Source of the DNA: a virus
Lineage: Duplodnaviria; Caudoviricetes
Strand: one strand, 5' to 3'
DNA: 52,144 bases
IMG/VR virus record: IMGVR_UViG_3300033146_001792
Location: 1-52,144 of that record
The translations under genes were made by a program, and so were the position numbers. Positions 19,501 through 30,061 of this stretch are shown here, one piece after another. Position 1 is the first letter of the stretch, and the number at the start of each line of letters is the position of its first letter. The notes beneath the pieces were generated by a model. That model ran no database searches. It was given only the letters and a program-made list of their open reading frames with translations, and was not told the DNA's origin.

Positions 19501-22463
19501 CATACGTCAGAATCCGGGTTAAAAGACAATTTACCAAAAATATTACGAAAAGCATATGGATTAATATTTTCATATTTAGATGCTTGTGTTTGTCTATTAA
19601 TTGAAGTTTCAATATATGGAAGGGTTACAATTCCACCAGTACGTTGAACATGAGATGAATTAGGTTCATCAAAAAGTAAACCAATATTTTCATCATTAAA
19701 TTTAGGACGCATGATTTTATTTTCAGGATCAATAGAACAATTATAATCTGAATGAGTTGCATCACCGACTTTATGAGAATCAAAAGGATCAACAACAAAA
19801 CCATTTTTAAAACGATTCAATCCATTCTCATCAAGAATTTCCATAGAGGCTGTTTCACGTTCCAAAAGACTCAAAGCAGTATAATATTCAAGATTACCGA
19901 TACGTTTATCAAGATCACCTATATCACGCATTGTATAACGTTTATTGTCTTTATAAGCAGGATCAGCATCAGAAGGCGCAAAAGTGTACGCAGGAATGTA
20001 TATTTCATAAAGAACCATTCCCATTTCTGGTTTTTCAGGAGGTTTAGGATTAACAGCAGAAATCCCTTTCGCAACCATAAATTCACCAGTATAATCAAGA
20101 TACAAATAATCAATTCTGTTTAAGTAATATTCATAATCAGAACGAACATCAGTCAATACTTGAGGAAGTTCCCCTATTGATCCACCAGAACCAGTAAATG
20201 AATTACCATCATCTGCTTTTCGTGGTCTAAAATCAAAACAATCTGCAAGAGCATATGTTTCGCCTGTTTCACTTGAATCATAAACTGGAATTTCCTCATA
20301 TGTTAAATCAACATATGAATCAACAGAAAAATAATCACCTTCTGTATGTGTAAAATAATCAAAAGTCACTAAAATTTGACCAGTAGGAGCATTTTCTCCA
20401 CCTTTAAGAATAATTGATCCTACATCATAATAATTATCTCTACATCCAGTATCCATTTGATATCTTTCTCTGATATCTTGATCATTTGTTGTTGGAACTG
20501 TATTAAAATCGTGAGACATATACACATTTTTTACATTTACTACATCAGCTTTTCTCAAATAATCTCTACTATTTTGAATTTTATTTGGTGCCGCAATAAC
20601 AACAGAACCATCAGTTTGAAGATATTTTGTTTTTTGTGTACTGATTGTTTTTGTTACAGGCGCAACAATATTAACAGGTTCAGAAAGATTACCAATTTCA
20701 AGAACTTTTCCAGTAGGAGCACCTGTAAAATTAAATGTAGGATTTGTTACAGTTACACCAGTAGATGAATATGCTATATAATAAGCCTCTGTATTTTGTT
20801 GAAAAACTTCATTATCTTTCGCAACAAGAGTAACAGTATTACTTACAATACCATTATTGAAATATGCTCTTGATGAAGCATAATTTGTATCAATTCCGGC
20901 TCCCCCAACAGAAAGTGTTTTTATCGTATCATTTGGAAGAGGAAACAATAAAACATTACTATCAGATTTATACAAATAAATTTTATTTCCAGTTTCAACA
21001 ATTGGAGCGCAAGTAAAATTGTTTGTTCCATTTCCATTTGTATCATATATCCATTTAACATCATCTTCAAAATTAAATCCATCCAACATATTAATGTCAA
21101 AAATATATAAATAAGAAATATTACCAAAACGTTTGATTGCTCTTACTTTAGCTGTTCCTGATTGATCAGAATTATGATTTCCATTTGTTGATACTGTTTG
21201 ATAAAGACGAATCTCACCAAATTCATCAATTCGAGGAATATTATGAACACTTTCAACTTTAACATAATTTCCAAGAGAAAAATTAGTAACTGAATTATTT
21301 GATGTCTCAAAATCACGACCTTTATCAATTTCTACATTTGATTTAGAAATTTTACTTATTTCATGACCTTGAACATATGCTTTTCCTTCACCTAATTCAG
21401 CAACAAGTTTTGATTCATCACCGTAAGGTGGAGCATATACCCCATCTTCTTCAGTAGGTTTTCCGAGTTTCCAAAAAGTTCCTTCTTTATATTTTTCATC
21501 ATCTTCTTCTCGAAGATGTTCTTTCATAATAATAGCAAACGGATTTACAGTATAATCACCTGATTCATCAAAAGTTCTACGAGCAAATGTTTTTTCCAAT
21601 TCGTTATATTCTGAAACACGAATTTCTTTTGTAACAAGACCTTTATCAAGAATTTGAAGAACAATAAAATCATCAGAAATATCATCATTTTCTTCTACAT
21701 ATTCAAGTTTTAAATCAATTTTATAACGATGTGCACCGGGTGCCGCATAATTTGGAGAACCTTGAGCATTATCAGTTAATGATAAATCTTCTTCCGGTGT
21801 AATTACAGATTCATAAATTCGTAACCCTATTTTACATGAAGGAACTTGATCATATTTACTTACAATTATTGATTGAGAGTCATTATCAATAAAAAGACCA
21901 TTAACATAATAAACACCAGCATCAATCGAAGTCATTGTAGCTTTACCAGTTGAATCGTATGTTGGTTCTGATTCATTAAGAGTCCCTTCAACAATAGCAC
22001 GAATTTGTGGATCATCTTTACGATACACAGTTTCTCCGTCCCAAAATCCGATTGATTCTTTATTTTCACCAGAATCTTTAAATTTTAAGAAAAATGTTAA
22101 AGGATCATTTTCATTTTTAGCGGCAACATTTATTACATCACCTTCCACACCAGAAGATTCTCCAATAACAGTATATCCAAGAAAATTATTAGGATCAACA
22201 TCAATTTGATCTGGTGGATTTCCATAAGTAGGAACCATCTTTTGATATGATATTTGTTGATCAAGAGTAATTTGACCGGGAATAACCATAGCCCCTTCTT
22301 TAAAAATATGATCGCCAAATTTTTTAATTTGTTCTTGAATAATAGATTGAGATTGTGTTAATTCTCTTCCTTGAACAGCATATGAAGGACGATAGAGAAT
22401 ACGGTAAAATTTATTATTTTTATCAAAATCATCAAAATATGGTGCTGTATTAAAATTTAACAT
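16575..22463 (-). CDS. Large structural protein, VrlC/DUF4815-like
   Basis: NFNTAPYFDDFD...LYRPSYAVQGRELTQ, APGAHR, ARRTFDESGDY, RYTMRDIG...RFKNGFVVD, DPIAQSF motifs. Confidence 0.88.
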   Translation of the reverse strand: MLNFNTAPYFDDFDKNNKFYRILYRPSYAVQGRELTQSQSIIQEQIKKFGDHIFKEGAMVIPGQITLDQQISYQKMVPTYGNPPDQIDVDPNNFLGYTVIGESSGVEGDVINVAAKNENDPLTFFLKFKDSGENKESIGFWDGETVYRKDDPQIRAIVEGTLNESEPTYDSTGKATMTSIDAGVYYVNGLFIDNDSQSIIVSKYDQVPSCKIGLRIYESVITPEEDLSLTDNAQGSPNYAAPGAHRYKIDLKLEYVEENDDISDDFIVLQILDKGLVTKEIRVSEYNELEKTFARRTFDESGDYTVNPFAIIMKEHLREEDDEKYKEGTFWKLGKPTEEDGVYAPPYGDESKLVAELGEGKAYVQGHEISKISKSNVEIDKGRDFETSNNSVTNFSLGNYVKVESVHNIPRIDEFGEIRLYQTVSTNGNHNSDQSGTAKVRAIKRFGNISYLYIFDINMLDGFNFEDDVKWIYDTNGNGTNNFTCAPIVETGNKIYLYKSDSNVLLFPLPNDTIKTLSVGGAGIDTNYASSRAYFNNGIVSNTVTLVAKDNEVFQQNTEAYYIAYSSTGVTVTNPTFNFTGAPTGKVLEIGNLSEPVNIVAPVTKTISTQKTKYLQTDGSVVIAAPNKIQNSRDYLRKADVVNVKNVYMSHDFNTVPTTNDQDIRERYQMDTGCRDNYYDVGSIILKGGENAPTGQILVTFDYFTHTEGDYFSVDSYVDLTYEEIPVYDSSETGETYALADCFDFRPRKADDGNSFTGSGGSIGELPQVLTDVRSDYEYYLNRIDYLYLDYTGEFMVAKGISAVNPKPPEKPEMGMVLYEIYIPAYTFAPSDADPAYKDNKRYTMRDIGDLDKRIGNLEYYTALSLLERETASMEILDENGLNRFKNGFVVDPFDSHKVGDATHSDYNCSIDPENKIMRPKFNDENIGLLFDEPNSSHVQRTGGIVTLPYIETSINRQTQASKYENINPYAFRNIFGKLSFNPDSDVWHDKKKLPTLVVNHSPNYEALKFIADNTKDLNGIEWGRWNDVGGRKNVRRKATSLSSTVRVSRRSTGISHDEGWLQDRTTTSWNSTTTWRQNQSKSGARTTHRDSNVMSKSLGDRITEVNYIPYMRSIPVVIKTDQMKKNTKVYPFFDEISMSKHCDPPSKREYCTPASKINCSSISGTFKTENYNEEQIRGNVSGATAIVMYQTDGYLLILNRKGNFQVGETIRGIKSGASCVMSSFEHKNRGDAIITGEMGEVVLVWNIPNDVDLKFMTGEREFVLNDQITNADPVHTKAKGMFKSHGMSSKQENTVLSTKTIKFTKTSTRQNRTVNRRSSKSGTNVRISPWFDPIAQSFLINEAGGCFLTKVRVWFQNKDTKEAVICEIRNMVNGYPDQIALTETTVQPKNVPVSERAPGDPTDFYFPEPIYLKEGESYCFVIKPTVESSSYNVWVAESGKIDLGTGEIITGKQSLGSLFKSQNASTWTPNQDEDIMFELSKAVFDINSDGSCQLVNDVIRPELLDDNSIETQQGSEKVRIYQKDHGLTDGSMYNISGLDDGTDYNGFLGSQLNGTHMITDNEIDSFVIVITGTQATDTGLTGGTTIMGTKNYQLDVAHPLVNELILDETSVDWQLQTTTGQSIDGNQTHYLTEPYIDVINNEDIDMSKPMLIASKYNEDQYLRGEKSLKLMGTMHSDNENVSPVVDAQQYDVDTENGEDIYFNQSSSTFIAISNRIDFPSIGTWNIGTDVVFSIGNGEDELNIAHPDHEMGTGSFVYISDFNDTIAGLVDFDPNGLHEIRVVDKDHYLIDMGETVTTGYSGSGDDTSGNNETKIAFSESHFVYVPENRSFNCSTSSRYMTKQVTLAEPAENFKIFFGAVRQQEADIDVYYKVRNPYEVTEWNEIDWVRLDSPDEDVAISESNDDFKDYSFTVEIDSNDPNKPYTKLNPPVPFNAIAVKLVMKSTNSTQVPIFQDFRLICTT

Positions 22464-22472
22464 TTGTTTTCC

Positions 22473-23795
22473 TTAAAATTCTATTGTGAATACAAATTTT
22501 TCTATTTGTATTTCTCTTCTTGATATAAAAATGATATTTTCTTTATAAAGTAATTCACCACTCCATATATCAACATTTGTAATTGTACTGGCAGATTCAT
22601 TAAATTCACCAACTTCACCTGATTCTTGCCCATGTATGCGTTCGCCATTAATAAAATCGCCTTCAATCATATACATTTGAACATCTTTATCTGTTCCAGA
22701 AGGATCAAAATAAATAATTCCTTGAGCATATGATTGTTCCCCTATAACTAATTCACTTGTTAAATATGTACCAGAGGAATTAATAATATTTATAATGGAT
22801 AAAGTATTATATTTTTCGTCAGTAATAACAGAACCAGATTTGTCTAAAGTATTACGAACCACTCCTACATTTCTATATGTTCCAGTAATAGGAGCAATAC
22901 CACCTTCATTTCCTATAATTTCAGACATAATTTCAACATAAAATGATCCAAGTTCATAAGAAGCATTTGAACCATGACCGCCCGGTGGAGCTATCATAGC
23001 TGTTAATTTAGCATCATTGCCATTACCAAAAATATGTACTTCAGCATGAGTATATCCTGAACCAGCATTTGATACTTGTATAAAATCAATTGATTCACCA
23101 ATCATAATAGGAACGGCTGTTGCTCCTGTTCCATCTCCCCTAATTTCAAGTATAGGTGCTGAAGTATATCCATCACCACCATTATCAACACGAATAAAAG
23201 CAATATCTCCATCAACTGCATTACTTTCAACATCTAACTGAGAATTAGATTTATTATTATCATCATATGCGACAGGCAACCACGTATCAGTCAAAAATTT
23301 ATTACTTATTTCTAATTTAAGATCAAACATAAATTTCCACATATATCCATCACCAAGAAATATATATGCCATTGATTGACCAGTAGGTTCAACAGTAGAA
23401 TCCGCACCATATCCATTTTCAATACATTTATAAACATTTCCTTCTGAATTTATAACATAAAATGGACTTTCTGGATGAATCCAATTACGATAATCAGTAT
23501 AATTTATATCATAATCCACACGAGTATAAATCGTATTTGGTTTCCATATAAATTTTTTTATTGCAAGAGAAGTATCTTCTTTTTTTATTTGTTTTAAAAA
23601 TATACGTTGAAATAAATTTAAATATACTTCTTTTTCAGCAGAAGTAGATACATCAGGTGAATATTCATTATCCCATGGTAAAGTTCGACCTGTATAAAAA
23701 TGAGAATAAATCCCATTTAATGATGAATTGAAATTATCTTCTATATATTTTTTGGCATTACCTAAACGTGAATTTAGTGTTATTATAGCACTCAT
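22473..23795 (-). CDS. gp8: Baseplate wedge subunit gp8-like
   Basis: FYVINSEGNVYKCIxNG...STVEPTG...DGYMWKFM, PPGGHG; start at 23795 (MSAII) gives an ATGA overlap with the upstream gene. Confidence 0.85.
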   Translation of the reverse strand: MSAIITLNSRLGNAKKYIEDNFNSSLNGIYSHFYTGRTLPWDNEYSPDVSTSAEKEVYLNLFQRIFLKQIKKEDTSLAIKKFIWKPNTIYTRVDYDINYTDYRNWIHPESPFYVINSEGNVYKCIENGYGADSTVEPTGQSMAYIFLGDGYMWKFMFDLKLEISNKFLTDTWLPVAYDDNNKSNSQLDVESNAVDGDIAFIRVDNGGDGYTSAPILEIRGDGTGATAVPIMIGESIDFIQVSNAGSGYTHAEVHIFGNGNDAKLTAMIAPPGGHGSNASYELGSFYVEIMSEIIGNEGGIAPITGTYRNVGVVRNTLDKSGSVITDEKYNTLSIINIINSSGTYLTSELVIGEQSYAQGIIYFDPSGTDKDVQMYMIEGDFINGERIHGQESGEVGEFNESASTITNVDIWSGELLYKENIIFISRREIQIEKFVFTIEF

Positions 23796-25600
23796 GAAAT
23801 TGTAATCTCCGATCCAAAACAAAATTCTGTTTTGTTTAATATGTTAATATTTATGTTGATAATATCATCAATTACTACATCTTTATATTGTTTTATTTGT
23901 GTATTACCTTCATAACGTATATGACCACCGTGATAATTGTCTGGTTGCCATCTAAATTTATAAAATTCTGTAGTATCAAGTTGAGGACTTATAAATCCAC
24001 CATAAGACTCTTTAAAATATTGTGAAATGACATCTCTATAAGAAAATCCAATTGTTCCTGCTGGATGTACATTTTTTACCATATCTTTCCATTCTTCTTT
24101 ATCTCTTGATGTTCGTAACATATAAGAAAACATTTGATAAAAATAAGAATCTTGAATATATTTTAATGATGAAATATGACCATCCATATTGATATATCTA
24201 CCTTTATAATTACATAAACATCCTTCAACAAGTTTACCTTTAGCAATTGATATATCATAAATTTCAGCAGAACCTCCATATCTTTGACCAGTAAATCTTT
24301 CACCAGCAATAAAAATTCCAGAAGTAACATGAACAGAAATTACACCAGTTTCAGGACTCCAATATTCGACTATACCAATTGCTCCTGAAGTATCTCCCAC
24401 AACAGTTTCACCAACAAATCCATCTTTTATTAGACTATGAATTCTCATAGATGTATTGAATTCAACTATAGTTTCACCTGAAAAATAATTTATACCAAAA
24501 TCACGAATTTCAATATCAATAATTTTTCCAATATCATCAGTTTCAATCATTAGAATAGCTCTTTTACCATTTAAACTATCAATTTTTACTGATTGACAGT
24601 ATTGATAATCATGACCACCAAATAACAATTTAGTTTTTGTTATAGTTCCTGTTCCATCAACTTCAGTAACTTTTCCATAAGCACCTGAACCAAATTTATC
24701 ATCATTTGTATAAACTTTATCTCCAACTTGATAATTAGTACCACCATCTATAATAGAAAATTTTGTTACTGTTCCTTTTCCTACATTATCAATTACAACA
24801 CGAGCATTCTCACCTATTCCATTATTAATTATTTTTACTCTTTGATCTGGAACATAATATTTACCTCGCATTTCTTCACCAGTAATCGGATCAATATCAA
24901 ATTTAATTTTATAAAATACATTTTCTGTTATAGCAGTATAAATTTTTAATTCTTTTGTTAAAATCTCTATTTCTTCACCACAAATAAATTTTTCAGGAGT
25001 ATGCATTATATCAAATTCCATAAGAAAAATTTCAGCTATTTTTACACCAGAAGTAGATTCATACAATTTAACTTCATCAATTACAGCAATTGCGCCTGAA
25101 GTTTTTCCTGTAACTTGACCAGATTCCCATTCCATAACATCTTCATGAGGATCAATTATTTTAAGACTTTTTTCTTTTACCCATTTACCATCAGATACTC
25201 GAAGCATGTCATAAGAAGGATAATAAAATTCAAGTTCATTCTTATTATCGTCTTTATATTCAAATAATCTAAATAAAAATTTAAATGCTTTTTCAGAACC
25301 TCTTGCTGAATAATATTGTTCAATATTTTTAACTAATGTAGCAATATTATTTTGTTCATAAATTATATCCGGCAATGGTTGTAAAAAGTTTTTTCCAAAT
25401 ACCTCAAGAAATTCAAGAGATGTTCTATCAACATCAGAAAAATCTAATACATTTGATATAAAATGATAAGGAGCACCTTGTTTTTCCATCCATTCATAAT
25501 AATATTGAACAAACGCAACAAAATTCGGATATTCCATCCGAATATACTGCGGAATTATATTATTTATCTGAGTGCTTATTAATTTAGTTGAATCTTTCAT
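23792..25600 (-). CDS. gp7: Baseplate wedge initiator gp7-like
   Basis: YxARGSEKAFKFLFR, SDGKW, IQDSYFYQxFSY, VHPAG motifs; lies between gp6 and gp8. Confidence 0.8.
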   Translation of the reverse strand: MKDSTKLISTQINNIIPQYIRMEYPNFVAFVQYYYEWMEKQGAPYHFISNVLDFSDVDRTSLEFLEVFGKNFLQPLPDIIYEQNNIATLVKNIEQYYSARGSEKAFKFLFRLFEYKDDNKNELEFYYPSYDMLRVSDGKWVKEKSLKIIDPHEDVMEWESGQVTGKTSGAIAVIDEVKLYESTSGVKIAEIFLMEFDIMHTPEKFICGEEIEILTKELKIYTAITENVFYKIKFDIDPITGEEMRGKYYVPDQRVKIINNGIGENARVVIDNVGKGTVTKFSIIDGGTNYQVGDKVYTNDDKFGSGAYGKVTEVDGTGTITKTKLLFGGHDYQYCQSVKIDSLNGKRAILMIETDDIGKIIDIEIRDFGINYFSGETIVEFNTSMRIHSLIKDGFVGETVVGDTSGAIGIVEYWSPETGVISVHVTSGIFIAGERFTGQRYGGSAEIYDISIAKGKLVEGCLCNYKGRYINMDGHISSLKYIQDSYFYQMFSYMLRTSRDKEEWKDMVKNVHPAGTIGFSYRDVISQYFKESYGGFISPQLDTTEFYKFRWQPDNYHGGHIRYEGNTQIKQYKDVVIDDIINININILNKTEFCFGSEITIS

Positions 25601-25603
25601 AAA

Positions 25604-27427
25604 TTAACCTTTTTCGATTTCAACATCATTCATTCGTACAACAACACCCTGTTTTCTATTTACATCATGATTGATTGCTGATTCATCAGGAATTATTATT
25701 TGATTATATCCAGATTGAATATTTTTTGAATTAGGTGTCGCATATATGCGAATATCTAACGTATCAACTGGAAGATTATATGGAAAAATAGTAAAAGTCA
25801 TTTCACCAGTTTCATAATTAACATTTCCAATATCATTATTAATAATCACACCAGTATTTACATATATCAATTTCAATTTTCCATTTCCATCATCTTTTAT
25901 AACTGATTCAAGAGTAATTCCTTTAAATACTTCATCTTCAATATTGAAATATGTAGATTCAATTGTATTTGGTTCAATAGCATTATTAAACTTTAAATTA
26001 AAGGTTTGAGATAGATCAATAATAGGATATATTCTTTTATGAATCATGATACTACTTAATGAACTATCAAATGCTTGATCAGTATCATCAATTTTTGTAG
26101 TCATGGGAGAAAATCTAAAATCCATCTTAAATTTGCCAGTTGTATCATCAAAATATTTGTAAATTGTTTCAGTAGCCATTTCTACCATTCTACTTTCACT
26201 TAAAGTAGTACGAGAATTTACATAAAAAATATCAGTATCCGTATTTACATAAATGTAATCTGGATCAATAATTTCTGGAACAATTGTTACAACATTGTAT
26301 TCTTTTATAAGAGTTTCTTTGATCTCTTCTTTCAATTTATTTGAAACAAATTCAGTATGTTTTGGTTTTATAGCAAAAAATACTTTTCCATATATAGGCG
26401 GATCATTATATTCACCGCCCCATGAATTTATTGTATCAATCCATGGATAATCAGCAAGCAAAAATGCTTCATAATCTTGTGTCGTAACAGCTCTTCTTTG
26501 AGATTGATACATTTTTGGAGCAAGGAATTTAATACTTTCTATACTTTCTTTTTCAGCCGCTCCATAAGCAGGTTCAATTACATCAATAACAATATCACTA
26601 TAACCATCAATTCGTTGATATGGTAAAAATCTATCAATGTTATTAGCTATTTCTTTTTCAATTGAAATAATATAATGAAGTGTTACATAATTTCCATTTA
26701 TAAGTTTTTTACCTAAAACACCATCACCAAAAGTAATTTCATAATATCCTTCAGGTATTTCGCTGGTAAAAAAAACAAGACTATCAGGTTTTAATCTATT
26801 CAAATCATCATTAAGAAAATATTCAACAATTTCTGTAGAATTTTTATCAGGTTTAACTGTAATTCTTAATGTACTCATATCAACATCAACTGAAGGAATT
26901 ATTATTCTTTGATCAACATTAGATGTATCTATTTCATAACTAAATGTAGCATATCTACCTTCATAAATCTCTATATTTTTAATAGAATATCGTCCAACAA
27001 TATTTCCATTTGGATATAATAACATATCTTCTTTTGTTGAAAAAATAATATCATGAGAAGTATTAAATTGAGTTCCAGCATTCATCGTAATATATAAAGG
27101 ACTACCAGTAACATTATCAACATGTATATCAACAACTGATTTAGCAGTTCTTATTGATCTTGCTGTATATCCTATTTCTTTTGATTTTGAAATTACTGAT
27201 TGTCGAATAGATGAAGAATCTAAAAACATTTCATTACCCATCATATTTGCCATAAACGCATTCATATGAGTATTATATGAAAGAACGTCCATCAATACAT
27301 TAAGAGCAGAACCTTCAAAATTATATTCACTAAATTCATCTTGTGAACTTAAATAATTTTTTAATTCAGCTTTAATTAAATCAAAATCTAATTCTGTTGG
27401 TGATAATTTACTTGTATTTGTTGCCAT
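25604..27427 (-). CDS. gp6: Baseplate wedge subunit gp6
   Basis: LDFDxIKxxLK...YNFEGS...LSYNTH, FGDGVLG, QRRAVTxxDY, WGGExNDPPxYGKVF. Confidence 0.93.
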   Translation of the reverse strand: MATNTSKLSPTELDFDLIKAELKNYLSSQDEFSEYNFEGSALNVLMDVLSYNTHMNAFMANMMGNEMFLDSSSIRQSVISKSKEIGYTARSIRTAKSVVDIHVDNVTGSPLYITMNAGTQFNTSHDIIFSTKEDMLLYPNGNIVGRYSIKNIEIYEGRYATFSYEIDTSNVDQRIIIPSVDVDMSTLRITVKPDKNSTEIVEYFLNDDLNRLKPDSLVFFTSEIPEGYYEITFGDGVLGKKLINGNYVTLHYIISIEKEIANNIDRFLPYQRIDGYSDIVIDVIEPAYGAAEKESIESIKFLAPKMYQSQRRAVTTQDYEAFLLADYPWIDTINSWGGEYNDPPIYGKVFFAIKPKHTEFVSNKLKEEIKETLIKEYNVVTIVPEIIDPDYIYVNTDTDIFYVNSRTTLSESRMVEMATETIYKYFDDTTGKFKMDFRFSPMTTKIDDTDQAFDSSLSSIMIHKRIYPIIDLSQTFNLKFNNAIEPNTIESTYFNIEDEVFKGITLESVIKDDGNGKLKLIYVNTGVIINNDIGNVNYETGEMTFTIFPYNLPVDTLDIRIYATPNSKNIQSGYNQIIIPDESAINHDVNRKQGVVVRMNDVEIEKG

Positions 27428-27448
27428 TTTTAGTTACCTTTATATTAT

Positions 27449-27874
27449 TTATCTCAATATTTTTAAGTACATTGTCATAGTTACAGTATCAACAGCATTT
27501 ATCGGAACAAAATATATTGTTATTTCTACATTATTTTTATCCTCTTGAAATACCACCTTTACTTTTTTTAATTTTACCCTTGGTTCATATCGTTCTACAA
27601 CTTTTGTTATATAATCCTCCATAGTAAAATGGAGTCCCGGTTCATCCATTGGTTCAAAAAGTGATTTATAAATATCACAACCAATATCAGGATGAAAAGG
27701 TTTTTCATAGTGATTTAACAAAACGAGCGTTCTTAATGCTGATTTTATAGCTTCAATATCTTTCAATTTTGTAATATCATTAGAAATAGGATGTGTTCTA
27801 AAATTAAAATCCATATCCAATTTCGTTTTTGAAACGTGTTCTCCTTTATAATCATTTCGTTTATAATTGTACAT
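27449..27874 (-). CDS. gp25: Baseplate wedge subunit gp25
   Basis: AIKxALxxLV...EKPFHPDIG...YEPRV motif; start at 27874 gives a TAATG overlap with gp5. Confidence 0.88.
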   Translation of the reverse strand: MYNYKRNDYKGEHVSKTKLDMDFNFRTHPISNDITKLKDIEAIKSALRTLVLLNHYEKPFHPDIGCDIYKSLFEPMDEPGLHFTMEDYITKVVERYEPRVKLKKVKVVFQEDKNNVEITIYFVPINAVDTVTMTMYLKILR

Positions 27875-30060
27875 TATGGTTTCTCCTGTTCGCAATCTTT
27901 CCATGGATCAATTACTATTACATCTGGTGGCCCCTCTGTTTGATCACATAAAACAGTAAGACAATCAATTTTTTCTACTTTTTTATCATCAACTGGACAA
28001 TCTGAACTATGACATCCCATACATTCCCATTCAAGAATTCCAAGTGAAGGAGCACATACACCACACTCAAGACCTTTATTTGCATCTATACACATTTCAA
28101 ATGCCAATTTACATGATTCTATAGAAGCATGATATTTTTCCCAATCAACACGAGTTTCTGTTTTTGGATTTCCATTTTCATCAACTACTCTTGGATCAAT
28201 AATTGTTGTTGTACAACTTGATTTTGCGGCTTCGATACATTCATTATAACGTTTTAAACATTGCTGAATACCATCAGTTTCAGGATATGTTGTTTGTCCT
28301 ACATCAACAATATCAGGAAATTGTGGAGTACCACTTCCACCACCTTGAGCAGAACAACCACCACCATTACCACCTTTTTCAAAAAGAAGAACATCTTTAT
28401 AAAATACTTCAAAATTTACAGTATGAACTTGCCAAAAATCAACACATCCATTATAATTTGTTAAATATTCATTATGAGTTATTTTTGTTTCGTTATGAAT
28501 ACCTGTAACTTCATTCAATGTCGTAACATCTACTGTATGATTGTTAATTTTTTCAGTAAGATTCATAATATCGTCAGTTTTTATTTCTGTAACATTATTC
28601 CATGTTTTTATCTCACTTTCTAAATTACAAACACTCATTTCCATATCATAAACTTTCAATTCATAGAGCTTAAATGCTTCATCAATCATAGATTCAGCAC
28701 CTTTGCGAACAATCGTATTTGCACGTCTTTCAGCATCAACAGATTCTACATAATCACGTTTTAAAATACTGGTATTTCTATCACCAGATACTCTTCGTTT
28801 TTCATCACCATCAACACGAACTCGTAAATTTTCTTTATAGTGATATTCTGCTTCCTCATCAGTATGAGTTTTTATAGCACCTCTTACATCAGTATTGAAA
28901 TCTTTCATTACTTGTAGATTATAATCACCTTCTATCAATTCATTTTTATCTCCGGTAACTGTAATATTCCAATCACCATCAATATAAATTGATTTATTGT
29001 CAAGATCAATTTCAAAATTCTTTCCATAAATCTTTCGGACTTCATTACCATCTTTATCAATTTCAAGATAATTTCCTTTTTTATGAACTCTATGATAACG
29101 TTCTTGACCCGGTGTGCTATCCCATTCTTCAATATGCCCCCATGATCCTTCACCACATTTTTGTTTTCTATGAACACCTTCAATCATAGAACCATCATAA
29201 TCAGTTATAGTTTGATCATAAGCATATTCTTTTTCTCCACCTTCTTCATGATACCCTTCCCATACTTTATTGTAAGGATATTTAGCATTATATGGTGAAA
29301 TATTTTCATGCCAAAATTCTCTATGAATCGGATCAAAAAATGGTTTAGCTATTGGAACAAATCTTTGTCTATTTACAAATTTATAAACAAGATTTGGATG
29401 ATTATTATTTAAAACATACTGACATTGATCATCTTTTTTATCTTTAGGTTTTTCAGGGTCTTCAGTGGAATCATCATCATAATGTTTTCTATCAAACCAT
29501 TTTACATATTTTTCATCAAATTCATCATAATATTTCTTAGCATAAACAGCATCTAAATGACATATAGTATCGTCACAAAATCTTTCTCGTTTATCTACTA
29601 TAGATTCTGGAATTTCAATCCCACGTTCAACCGCACCACGGGCAAGTCTATTTGTATCTTGTTCAAATATCATATGCCCCATAGGAAATTTTCCATCAGG
29701 ATCATTAAAACCTATCTCTTTTTTAGGTAATCCTCTTGGAACGCCACCAAATGATCCAAAAATAAGAGGCATTTGTTTATTCGGCCCATCAATATAAAAT
29801 CCAACAACCCATGTTCCTTTATATAAAGTAGTAGGAGATGATCCTATACCATTCATTTGATTATTAGGTGCAGTAACAATATGAATAGCCCATGGCAAAC
29901 CTTCTGTGGGAATTCTACCTTCTTTTTTCTGTGTATGATCACCAATAACACGCACACGCACACGTCCCAATTTTAAGGGATCATCATTATCTTCAACTAC
30001 CCCAAAAAACCAATGAAAATCATCATCACCAAATTTTACTATTTTGTTTTCAGTAAACAT
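27874..30060 (-). CDS. gp5: Baseplate hub/spike gp5-like, no lysozyme domain
   Basis: N-terminal OB-fold (FFGVVED..DPLKLGRVRVR..LPWA), YPYN, GHIEEWDSTPGxER, beta-helix repeats (IDGDWNITVTGD). Confidence 0.88.
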   Translation of the reverse strand: MFTENKIVKFGDDDFHWFFGVVEDNDDPLKLGRVRVRVIGDHTQKKEGRIPTEGLPWAIHIVTAPNNQMNGIGSSPTTLYKGTWVVGFYIDGPNKQMPLIFGSFGGVPRGLPKKEIGFNDPDGKFPMGHMIFEQDTNRLARGAVERGIEIPESIVDKRERFCDDTICHLDAVYAKKYYDEFDEKYVKWFDRKHYDDDSTEDPEKPKDKKDDQCQYVLNNNHPNLVYKFVNRQRFVPIAKPFFDPIHREFWHENISPYNAKYPYNKVWEGYHEEGGEKEYAYDQTITDYDGSMIEGVHRKQKCGEGSWGHIEEWDSTPGQERYHRVHKKGNYLEIDKDGNEVRKIYGKNFEIDLDNKSIYIDGDWNITVTGDKNELIEGDYNLQVMKDFNTDVRGAIKTHTDEEAEYHYKENLRVRVDGDEKRRVSGDRNTSILKRDYVESVDAERRANTIVRKGAESMIDEAFKLYELKVYDMEMSVCNLESEIKTWNNVTEIKTDDIMNLTEKINNHTVDVTTLNEVTGIHNETKITHNEYLTNYNGCVDFWQVHTVNFEVFYKDVLLFEKGGNGGGCSAQGGGSGTPQFPDIVDVGQTTYPETDGIQQCLKRYNECIEAAKSSCTTTIIDPRVVDENGNPKTETRVDWEKYHASIESCKLAFEMCIDANKGLECGVCAPSLGILEWECMGCHSSDCPVDDKKVEKIDCLTVLCDQTEGPPDVIVIDPWKDCEQEKP

Positions 30061-30061
30061 C

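Noticed and set aside
16575-30060. Introns, inteins or homing endonucleases in the large structural genes
   Set aside because: ORFs are continuous, and no intein splice motifs or HNH, GIY-YIG or LAGLIDADG signatures were recognised
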